Below are positions 12,101 to 24,100 of a DNA stretch of 64,000 nucleotides, piece by piece; positions within the stretch are counted from its first letter, which is position 1, and every line of letters begins with the position of its first letter. The DNA comes from Amphiscolops sp. MND2022 (taxonomy: Eukaryota), in assembly GCA_964187785.1 (NCBI GenBank), contig OZ076415.1, positions 55,676,001 through 55,740,000 on the forward strand, written 5' to 3'. The notes below the pieces were generated by a model that was not told the origin of the DNA, ran no database searches, and saw only the letters and a list, made by a program, of their open reading frames with translations. Position numbers and translations under genes: made by a program.

Positions 12101-15100
12101 GAAGGGACTTTTTGTCTTAGAAACCGATCACAAACAAAATTATTTTTCCTAAAATCATTTTCGAGTACTCACACAAATGTTTGGGTTTCTGTCGCCTCCT
12201 CGATCGTAAAACAATTGGAAAAGTTTCATGCTACTGCGATGAAACCTCTTTTGATTAGACAGTAATTCAGAAGTCATACTCCAACGCGGCATTGTCAATT
12301 GGGATCTGTTTGGACAACTTCCATTTTACTACAGGGAAATGTCAATTTCGAATTTGAACATTTCTTTCTTTTCATGCTGAAGATTACTACTTTCAGACCA
12401 TAAAATGCCAGCTCTGGATAGAAACAAACGCAATAAATGTGATATGTGGAAAAAAATTTCAAAAAGAATATCTCTCGTCACAAATCGTGCAAGAGAGGAA
12501 ATCTATTTTGTCCCAAATGTCCGAAATTCACAGCGAACACCAAGGAAGAACTGGATTACCACACACAAAAAAAACATCGCAAAGAAGGCTTGACAAAAAA
12601 TTCACATGCACTGATTGTATGCTAACATTCCACAGTTTTTACGCTCTCCGCAAACATAAGCAAACTCGCCATAACAGTCAGTCACAGTCGAATGTCACAA
12701 TTTCAGGAAAAGTTGACCTCGACACATTATCGTGGGGGATCACGGGAGTCAACAACTTCGGGAAGAGCTTCGCAATGTTGAACATTTTCTTCTTGATTCG
12801 GAATCAATTAAAGGAAAACAGCATTTTTCAACTTCGCTTTGACGCAATTGAGCCCAGCAGTGATGGCTGAAAAGCTTCGACTAGTGTTCGCCAAAATAAA
12901 TGTCAGCATGGGTTTTGTCCTCCGTAATATTGAAAGCGACTATTACCTTTATTATTATCCCCACGAGAACATTCATTTTCAATACTTCACAACTGTTGAA
13001 TAACGAGAAAGATCTTTACAAATTCATAGCAAAACTTTCTCTGGAAGATTTCGTTTAAATAGCCACACAAGAGCGACCTAACACAAAATGGAAATTTGCT
13101 TTTGCAACGAATATGTGTTTTTGCTGTAATTCGAAAAGAAATCCCATTAGGTAGTCAAAACCTGGAAATTCCCCCACGTATCCTCAAAAACAAGAAGATA
13201 TTCTGTCTATCAACCAATTCCTCGTACAAACCTTACGACAACTTGTGCTCATTAAGAGCTGTTGCGTTTCACCTCTTCAATTTCACGGGACGCTGGGGCT
13301 GGAGTGTACAAGGGTTCACAGATTCGTTGAGTACACTCCTGAAAAATGTTTCAAGGGATTCGTGAAGTCAGGTGTTGAGGCCGGACGATTAAGTGATCAA
13401 AACAAGAACTCCACCGTGGTTGCTGAGACGATGAAGTTGCTGAGTAACAGTTCATTTGAATATCAAACCATGGATCATAGCAAGCATACGGAGACCAAAT
13501 ACTTGGATGAGAAGAAGACTAACCGAGCTATAAATAGTGGCTTCTTCAAACAACTTCAGTACATCAACGATTCAGCGTGTATGAAGTGGAGCTTGTCAGA
13601 GCTGAAATAGAACATCGGGAACCATAATTGTAGACTTCTTCATTCTTCAATACGCTAAGCTCAGAATGCTGGAGCTTCATTATAACTTCAAGCAGTACTG
13701 TGAGGAGAGCAAGTTCGAGAAAATGGAATTGGATACAGACTCTCTGTTTAGCCTTAGCAGAGAACGACGTTACTGATTGCATCAGACAAGATAAACTCGG
13801 AGAGTGGTGAGCCATCAGAAAAGAAGACTGCCGTAATAACTTTGAGGCAGACAGTTTGAAGCACTTCTTCCCTCGAACATGTTGTTCTACCCACTCTCAG
13901 CTCGACACACGAGAGCCTGGATTGTTCAAGGAAAAGTTCCGTGCAACAGAAATCATTTGCTTGTGTAGCAAAACATAGAAACTTGTGTTGCTTGTTGCTA
14001 TGATTCACAAACGAAGGAAACTAAGTTCAGCAGCAAGGGTTTAAACCAACACTTTTGAATGAGTCATCAGACAGTCCTCTCCAGTAACAGAAAAGTTTTG
14101 AATGACGTTTCCGATATTGGATCGATCAATCGATGGTTCAGGGTGCGAAATCATGCCGTTTATACTTACGAACAATCCAAGAAGGTTTATCATACTTTTA
14201 TCCGAAACGTAAACTTCATTCAGACGGAATCCACTCAGATCCTTTGGATATATGAGAACCGAGCTAATAACTTGTACAGCATTGCATCGAATTTACATGA
14301 TGTTAAGACAATCAGTCGACTTGAATTCAACAATATGCCCTTAACGTTGTCTTCTGTGATTGTTAAATGTATTACTTCATTTTCTGTTTCAGTGAGCGGT
14401 TGTTTCTAAAGGTTACTTCGTTCAAACCTAAAGTCTCAAGTTTACTGTCATGTCATTGCTATCATTTGTATTTCGTGTGCTTTTTTAGAATATAGCGCTA
14501 GTAAAAGTAACTCCGTGTTTACAGGAATACATTAGATTATGATCTGAATGAAAATGCTTGTCAGTGGAGGTCCTTCAAAGTATTATGAAACATTGTTTTT
14601 CCACCATATACCAAGTTTAATCCTAATCAACTTTCTAACTATGTCTTATGGTGTAATGTATGTGTTTGGTTCTTATATTGTCTGCAATTTATTGCCTCCT
14701 TCGTATGTTTAAGCCTCGATGTTGTTTATATTCATTGTTTTCTCATGATTTTGGAGCTTGAGACCTGGATTATATCGGATTTGCATGCTGTATATAATAA
14801 AACATGCTCATAGTTTTCGCTGAAGTTCATGTTTTTTGATGTGTCGTTCCAATTTGGTTTATTGGTAGGTAATGTATCTAAAATCAAGTTCTTTCATGTT
14901 TGTTTATAACGTCTCAATATTCGTGTCAAAGCAACTGAATTTCATGGGTTCAAGTTGATAAACCTCGATTAGTATCCACTTACAGTCATCGCTGTTCGAT
15001 TGTTCAAAAACATTTCCCCCCGGTTGAATAAATGTATTGAAATAAGTGCTGGCTGGAAATCTCGTGTTGTCGATAGGAAAGTTTTCAATTGGAACAAGTT

Positions 15101-18100
15101 CATCACTATGACTGGTGCAGTGCCTTCTGTGCGTATCTTACCTCTTCGAAATTGAACACATCTTTGATTCAATTAATTTTCAATGATAATCTTTTCCCTT
15201 GAAGTTGATGACTTAACAGGACAACACATGAATTTTATGATTACTCAAGTCATAAGCGTGTTCCCGTTTTCGAGCAAAGTAGTAAAACTGGTTGTGTAGT
15301 CGAACTGAATGTGATTGTGATTCGTTGTTCCACCAGCATTTTTGTAACATTAACAGGAAGTCCCCCCGAAATGAAAGTGTCTTGGAAGTATCTTTGAAAC
15401 ACTACATGGAGCTCCATTCGTCATATAATTGATAGAGAAACGGAGTTGAATATAGATTTGATACTTTTCGATAGAGTAAAAAATCTTCCTCCTGAAGACG
15501 CAAAATTTTAACCTGATTTTGTATGAAAGATAGGCTACAGTTATAAAAATGACCAAAGTATACTAAAAATAGAATTATCTACTGAACATTATGCAACATA
15601 CGTAAATCCTTGTAATGCTTCATACTCAACAAATGATAACTTGTAAATCGTTGCATTGGTAACGAACGTTTCTAGAATAGCCGTTTGTTTTTGTTTCATG
15701 TAGAAATTAAACTGGATACATTTGGTGCTATCTTTAGACTTTAATTTCGGCCTATGGAAAACACCCAATGCTGTAGACGAAAATCGGAAGGCTCCCGTCT
15801 GTCTGATATTTGCTTATCCGTAGATTGAAATGCATATCCAAAATCGAGGAGTTTTCTATTGAAAACCTTTCTCCATGTTAGTTAAGTCAGCTTTGTAAAG
15901 ATAATTGCTTGAACGCTATCTGCTTTTTGTGTTTCCTGTATAGGGCTGTTTCCCTTCATATAATAATCCGCATAATGCAACACAGCATCACTTCGTCCAG
16001 TGACTCAATAGTTGTTATTAGTTTTCAATGTAATGACACTCGAATTTTTGCGGTCTTTTGTCATAGTCTTTCCTGGTGTACCAGTTTTTTTTTGGATTTT
16101 TTCTTGAATAGTTAATTTAAGCTTTTCCCAACTGTGCGGAGAAATCTCCAAGTTACTAAAAGTGTTGACCTTGGAAGTATTTTCTCATGGTTTTCCATTT
16201 TTTTCATGTCGCGACAAAATGTTCAATTGAACTTTTCCATTCATTTTTTAAAATATTCGTGATGCTTGAATCACGTTTCATCCATTTTTCGAACGTTTCA
16301 ATCCATTCATAAGCCTTTTTTCAAATTTTTCGATTTTTCGAAATTTTGCATGTGGAGATTAGGGGTGTACGCACTTTTTTGGAGGTTTTTTCTCCGGATT
16401 TTCTAAAATTTTCGGGATTAAGTGTGTGACTCATTTATTTCCTCGGAATTTCCGTTGGGCCGAAACAATTTTTTTTGGATACACCCCTGGCGTGGGGACC
16501 CACCTCTATATAACCAAACTACTCGAAGGACCCAACTTCGCCTGGATCTGGATCTATGCCCTATCTCAATACATGGGGGACCTCTACCTCGCTGTCTGAT
16601 CGGCTCCACTACTACTAGTGGTATAGTTTATAAATTTGCTCCACTTGCTCAGGTTTTCTATAATCATTTTTATGGGACCGTTATTGACACTGTGAAGAGG
16701 CTCGGCGGCTCAAAGTGTATGGCACCCTTATTTTCCCAGACATGGGCTTCCCAGGTGGTTTCCTTTTCAACATGATCTAGGTTTCAATACGCACGCTTTG
16801 TATTTATTTTAAAGAAAAAAAAACATTTGAAAGTTCAGTATGTACGAAAAGTGTTGTAAAAACAGCTCAACTGCCGTCATAGTCTGATCGAACAGTTTTC
16901 AATAGGCGTTGATCTGCTATGTAGATAGATCGTTTGTACTCATCAAATGTATCAACCTTTCAGAAAAGTTCTTTACCCGTAAGTTTACAGACAGAATTTC
17001 AAGCTAATACAACCTTTAAATGCCTACATCTCCGGCATTTTCATTCCTGTTTTCTAAGGTTTGAGAACATTCTTTCATCGGGACTGGATTTGTCATGCTT
17101 TCATCATGGGCTTTCAGCGACAGTGAATTAGATTTTTGAATTTGATTGTGTTTAGATCTGTTGAAGAGATCATTGTAAATCTAGAGATATATTTTAGCGC
17201 TATATTTTCAACAATGGAAACACAATTGCTGCACTTCAGATCATCTTATGACTTCAGCAGCTTGACACTTTCATGCATTTGAACTATCGAAAATCCCGAT
17301 CAGTTTCAAGACGCAAATAATCGTTATAGCACAGCGATAATTTTGTAGAGATGAGGCTAAGTTCTCTTTGAAAGACATTTTTGGAACAAGTGTGTATTTC
17401 AGGCCCAACAGCCAAGAGTACGAAACAAGCTTCTAAATCTAATTGATACCTGGAATAAACAGTACGGAGGCAATTCGGATTACTCGTTAGTTTCCACCTA
17501 TTTTGTAATGCACTCAAAGTAAAACTCCTTTTTTCACTGATTGACTGTAAGTGATTGAAGTTCCGTTCCAATAATTGACACTCGTTCGTCTGCCTAATGC
17601 CTCAACACTGAGGGTAAAGACAACCGTGAGTAAAACACACTTGTTGAATTGATTTGAAATCGTATCATTCGATTAATCCAAATTTTCATCTGAGTTAAAC
17701 TGGAGTAAGTATATATCTACTATATTTACCACTTAAGCGCAGAATCTGTCTTTCAATAAAAATTTCTTTAGCTAAATGATGACAATTTCCATTGAATTAG
17801 TAGGGCAAAATTTGTCTTCTACATCTCATGAAAATGCAGCGATTTTTTCGTACTCCGCAGAAACTTGTGTACTCTTCTCCTCTCCTGAGTAATGTTATGT
17901 TTTCAGAAGGCTCAACGAATTGTACACGAAATTAAAGAATGACTCTGCAGTTGTTTTCCCAGACGCGGTAAGATGGCTTCCCATAAGTAGTTTATTTCTT
18001 CGATTTTGTCACTAAATTATTTCTTCGATTAAGTCTTACACAAAGTATAATTCCCAACTGAAACCTCTTCCGACAATGAGGACAATCTGGTTCTGATACT

Positions 18101-21100
18101 TGGTCCGTTCCTGGCTCAGTTTGACTATCACAGCATGTAAACTGCTGGTACCCTCTACTGCTTCAGGAATTGAATCGAGAATATCGCAACGAGTACTTCA
18201 GCTCTTAGAGTCAAGACTGTGCTTGAAGTTTACTTTGAATTTCAGTATTCATCTAGTTCTCGAATACTCTGAGCAGCACTATCAGTGCGATGTCTATTTG
18301 TGTATTAGTTTGGTATTTGGGAGAAATGTCGAAGCGGGTATAATCTGTTCATCTCTCTTAGTTCTGAATCATTCATACATGGCTTCAAATCTTACGAGTC
18401 AAGCCGAAAGTTTCTGAAACACTGCGTTTTATGCTATTTTTCTTTGCGTATCTAAACTAAATTGTACGTTTCTCATGCATTTACTGTCAGTTTGATAATC
18501 CCGTTTGTGAAAAAATGAATTTGTTGTGTAAGAATGCGTTTACTAAGTACTGTGTTCAAGCTCGTCATTAGTCTTCCAGTTTCATGCTGCATATAATAGA
18601 CAATTTTGAATGTCACTCTTTAGCAAGTTCATTGCGTCATTCTATTTTAAGCTGTGATTATACTGTTCAATTTTGTTTTGTTCTGTGATACTTTTATTAA
18701 TGCTGTTATTTCATATAGTTTTTAAAGACAAATTTTCGTGTCTTTCATTGAAAATTCGATAACGGTTAGTGATTTTATTCTAGCACAGGTGCTGATTCTG
18801 AGAATGACGGAATACCAGAGAAATTAGGTGACACTTTTATCGAAAATGGCATAAAAGTGTTTGTTTCACATGTTATCTACGAGTTGTGCTATCTGGTTTC
18901 AGTCTTTAATATTATATTTTTAAAACCAAATAGTTTGTTCTAACTGAATGAGGGATAATTCACGCCGGATACCTAAGGCGAGTTTGAATAAAACATGAAG
19001 TGTTTTTAGTGACAATAGGAGCATTGCCACTCGCTTTTTATTACTTGCAAAAAAGGTTGATGTTGAAGGGTATTTGTAGGCAACAATAGCAGCTGACAAC
19101 GCAGTGTCTCCTGCTTCGATAATGGCCTCATCTTCAGTTGGAGCTGGGGGCAACGTTTCTTCCTCGTCTGGTTACTCCTGGACTCCCAACTCTGACTCTG
19201 CCTCCAATACCACCCGTTCCTCTAGACGAGAAGACGATGACCTCGCCAAAGGTTAGCCTAAATAAGTTGAGATCTCGTGTCATGTAACGAGTTCGTAGAA
19301 TATTTATTTTTGAACACATTACAAGCCATGTCTTATTTTACGGTCCGGTGTTGATTGCTGGGTCTTGAGTATGGCTCTTGGAGTTTACCGATTGCGACCA
19401 TCCCTGATGTTTGCAAGATATTGCACATTTCCTGCTCTTTCCTCGTGTTGCATTTTTTTGGGAATAAAAACTCTTGCAGTTTGTGGAACTCACCGATTGC
19501 TAAAGTCTTCAACTTCAGCAAGTATGTTCCAAAAAGAATCGTGGAAGCTCTACCACTCGGTGACACTTGTTCACCGGACGAATGTTTCTCACATTACAGA
19601 TTCAAAGTTCTGGTGTTGCTCCATCTGAAAGTCCGGTCTTCACTGTAGTGTCCACAATATGACTTTTCCTCGGAGTTTCTCAAGTTTCATGCCTTTTCCT
19701 TGTTTTGCACCTCCTATTAAACCCAGTTCAGGATTCAATTACTCCCTGCTGCTTCTGGAACTCACCGATTGCGAAAGTCCTTGACTTCAGCAAGTATGTT
19801 CCGAAAAAAATCGTGGAAGCTCTACCAACCGGCGACACATGGTCGCCGGACGAATGTTTCTCGCATTACAGATTCAAAGTTCTGGTGTTGCTCCATCTGA
19901 AAGTCCGGTCTTCACTGTAGTGTCCACGATGTGACATTTCCTCGGAGTTTCTAAAGTTTCATGCCTTTTCCTTGTTTTGCGCCTCCTTTAAACCCAGTTC
20001 AGGATTCAATTACTCCCTGCTGCTTCTGGAACTCACCGATTGCTAAAGTCTTCAACTTCAGCAAGTATGTTCCAAAAAGAATCGTGGAAGCTCTACCAAC
20101 CGGCGACACATGGTCGCCGGACGAATGTTTCTCGCATTACAGATTCAAAGTTCTGGTGTTGCTCCATCTGAAAGTCCAGTCTTCACTGTAGTGTCCACGA
20201 TGTGACTTTTCCTCGGAGTTTCTCAAGTTTCATGCCTTTTCCTTGTTTTGCACCTCCTTTAAACCCAGTTCAGGATCCAATTACTCCCTGCTGCTTTTGG
20301 AACTCACCGATTGCGAAAGTCCTTGACTTCAGCAAGTATGTTCCAAAAAAAATCGTGGAAGCTCTACCAACCGGCGACACATGGTCGCCGGACGAATGTT
20401 TCTCGCATTACAGATTCAAAGTTCTGGTGTTGCTCCATCTGAAAGTCCGGTCTTCACTGTAGTGTCCACGATGTGACATTTCCTCGGGGTTTCTAAAGTT
20501 TCATGACTTTTCCTTGTTTTGCACCTTCTATTAAACCCAGTTCAGGATCCAATTACTCCCTGCTGCTTCTGGAACTCACCGATTGCGAAAGTCCTTGACT
20601 TCAGCAAGTATGTTCCAAAAAGAATCGTGGAAGCTCTACCAACCGGCGACACTTGGTCGCCGGACGAATGTTTCTCACGTTACTGATTCAAAGTTCTGGT
20701 GTTGCTCCATCTGAAAGTCCGGTCTTCACTGTAGTGTCCACGATGTGACATTTCCTCGGAGTTTCTCAAGTTTCATGCTTTTTCCTTGTTTTGCACCTCC
20801 TATTAAACCCAGTTCAGGATTCAATTACTCCCTGCTGCTTCTGGAACTCACCGATTGCGAAAGTCCTTGACTTCAGCAAGTATGTTCCAAAAAGAATCGT
20901 GGAAGCTCTACCAACCGGCGACACTTGGTTGCCGGACGAATGTTTCTCACATAACAGATTCAAAGTTCTGGTGTTGCTCCATCTGAAAGTCCGGTCTTCA
21001 CTGTAGTGTCCACATTATGACTTTTCCTCGGAGTTTCTCAAGTTTCAGGCCTTTTCCTTGTTTTGCACCTCCTTTAAACCCAGTTCAGGATTCAATTACT

Positions 21101-24100
21101 CCCTGCTGCTTCTGGAACTCACCGATTGCGAAAGTCCTTGACTTCAGCAAGTATGTTCCAAAAAGAATCGTGGAAGCTCTACCAACCGGCGACACTTGGT
21201 CGCCGGACGAAGGTTTCTCACATTACAGGTTCAAAGTTCTTGTGTTGCTCCATCTGAAAGTCCGGTCTTCACTGTAGTGTCCACGATGTGACATTTCCTC
21301 GGAGTTTCTCAAGTTTCATGCCTTTTCCTTGTTTTGCACCTCCTATTAAACCCAGTTCAGGATCCAATTACTCCCTGCTGCTTCTGGAACTCACCGATTG
21401 CGAAAGTCCTTGACTTCAGCAAGTATGTTCCAAAAAGAATCGTGGAAGCTCTACCAACCGGCGACACTTGGTTGCCGGACGAATGTTTCTCACATAACAG
21501 ATTCAAAGTTCTGGTGTTGCTCCATCTGAAAGTCCGGTCTTCACTGTAGTGTCCACATTATGACTTTTCCTCGGAGTTTCTCAAGTTTCAGGCCTTTTCC
21601 TTGTTTTGCACCTCCTTTAAACCCAGTTCAGGATTCAATTACTCCCTGCTGCTTCTGGAACTCACCGATTGCGAAAGTCCTTGACTTCAGCAAGTATGTT
21701 CCAAAAAGAATCGTGGAAGCTCTACCAACCGGCGACACTTGGTCGCCGGACGAAGGTTTCTCACATTACAGGTTCAAAGTTCTTGTGTTGCTCCATCTGA
21801 AAGTCCGGTCTTCACTGTAGTGTCCACGATGTGACATTTCCTCGGAGTTTCTCAAGTTTCATGCCTTTTCCTTGTTTTGCACCTCCTATTAAACCCAGTT
21901 CAGGATCCAATTACTCCCTGCTGCTTCTGGAACTCACCGATTGCGAAAGTCCTTGACTTCAGCAAGTATGTTCCAAAAAGAATCGTGGAAGCTCTACCAA
22001 CCGGCGACACTTGGTTGCCGGACGAATGTTTCTCACATAACAGATTCAAAGTTCTGGTGTTGCTCCATCTGAAAGTCCGGTCTTCACTGTAGTGTCCACG
22101 ATGTGACATTTCCTCGGAGTTTCTCAAGTTTCATGCCTTTTCCTTGTTTTGCACCTCCTATTAAACCCAGTTCAGGATCCAATTACTCCCTGCTGCTTCT
22201 GGAACTCACCGATTGCGAAAGTCCTTGACTTCAGCAAGTATGTTCCAAAAAAAATTGTGGAAGCTCTACCAACCGGCGACACTTGGTCGCCGGACGAATG
22301 TTTCTCGCATTACAGATTCAAAGTTCTGGTGTTGCTCCATCTGAAAGTCCGGTCTTCACTGTAGTGTCCACGATGTGACATTTCCTCGGAGTTTCTAAAG
22401 TTTCATGCCTTTTCCTTGTTTTGCACCTTCTATTAAACCCAGTTCAGGATCCAATTACTCCCTGCTGCTTCTGGAACTCACCGATTGCGAAAGTCCTTGA
22501 CTTCAGCAAGTATGTTCCAAAAAAAATTGTGGAAGCTCTACCAACCGGCGACACTTGGTCGCCGGACGAATGTTTCTCGCATTACAGATTCAAAGTTCTG
22601 GTGTTGCTCCATCTGAAAGTCCGGTCTTCACTGTAGTGTCCACGATGTGACATTTCCTCGGAGTTTCTAAAGTTTCATGCCTTTTCCTTGTTTTGCACCT
22701 TCTATTAAACCCAGTTCAGGATCCAATTACTCCCTGCTGCTTCTGGAACTCACCGATTGCGAAAGTCCTTGACTTCAGCAAGTATGTTCCAAAAAGAATC
22801 GTGGAAGCTCTACCAACCGGCGACACTTGGTCGCCGGACGAATGTTTCTCACGTTACAGATTCAAAGTTCTGGTGTTGCTCCATCTGAAAGTCCGGTCTT
22901 CACTGTAGTGTCCACGATGTGACATTTCCTCGGAGTTTCTCAAGTTTCATGCTTTTTCCTTGTTTTGCACCTCCTATTAAACCCAGTTCAGGATTCAATT
23001 ACTCCCTGCTGCTTCTGGAACTCACCGATTGCGAAAGTCCTTGACTTCAGCAAGTATGTTCCAAAAAGAATCGTGGAAGCTCTACCAACCGGCGACACTT
23101 GGTCGCCGGACGAATGTTTCTCACGTTACAGATTCAAAGTTCTGGTGTTGCTCCATCTGAAAGTCCGGTCTTCACTGTAGTGTCCACGATGTGACATTTC
23201 CTCGGAGTTTCTCAAGTTTCATGCTTTTTCCTTGTTTTGCACCTCCTATTAAACCCAGTTCAGGATTCAATTACTCCCTGCTGCTTCTGGAACTCACCGA
23301 TTGCGAAAGTCCTTGACTTCAGCAAGTATGTTCCAAAAAGAATCGTGGAAGCTCTACCACTCGGTGACACTTGTTCACCGGACGAATGTTTCTCACATTA
23401 CAGATTCAAAGTTCTGGTGTTGCTCCATCTGAAAGTCCGGTCTTCACTGTAGTGTCCACAATATGACTTTTCCTCGGAGTTTCTCAAGTTTCATGCCTTT
23501 TCCTTGTTTTGCACCTCCTTTAAACCCAGTTCAGGATTCAATTACTCCCTGCTCCTTCTGGAACTCACCGATTGCGAAAGTCCTTGACTTCAGCAAGTAT
23601 GTTCCAAAAAGAATCGTGGAAGCTCTACCAACCGGCGACACTTGGTCGCCGGACGAATGTTTCTCACATAACAGATTCAAAGTTCTGGTGTTGCTCCATC
23701 TGAAAGTCCTGTCTTCACTGTAGTGTCCACATTATGACTTTTCCTCGGAGTTTCTCAAGTTTCATGCCTTTTCCTTGTTTTGCACCTCCTTTAAACCCAG
23801 TTCAGGATTCAATTACTCCCTGCTGCTTCTGGAAATCACCGATTGCGAAAGTCCTTGACTTCAGCAAGTATGTTCCAAAAAGAATCGTGGAAGCTCTACC
23901 AACCGGCGACACTTGTTCACCGGACGAATGTTTCTCACATTACAGATTCAAAGTTCTGGTGTTGCTCCATCTGAAAGTCCGGTCTTCACTGTAGTGTCCA
24001 CAATATGACTTTTCCTCGGAGTTTCTCAAGTTTCATGCCTTTTCCTTGTTTTGCACCTCCTTTAAACCCAGTTCAGGATTCAATTACTCCCTGCTGCTTC

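Larger units (their letters stand above)
3772..16616. mobile_element. Maverick/Polinton-derived non-autonomous fold-back element (giant inverted repeat) in STAM intron 3548-17402
   Basis: It starts AGTAGTGGAGCCGATCAG (3772) and ends CTGATCGGCTCCACTACTACT (16616). Flanks are AGTGGC (3766-3771) and AGTGGT (16617-16622), a 5/6 6-bp TSD. The left arm 3772-~11085 mirrors the right arm ~11757-16616 apart from indels. It carries pPolB relics; no integrase or capsid genes were recognised. Confidence 0.85.

Noticed and set aside
3719-16775. Short ORFs in the terminal arms of the fold-back element and in the HINE cores
   Set aside because: They are low-complexity translations (F/K-rich) not conserved between mirror copies.
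22210-22340. Minus-strand tandem exon array (TTTCAG acceptor, 131 nt, GTGAGT donor in each unit)
   Set aside because: 131 nt is not frame-preserving, and the dominant variant has stops in all three frames.
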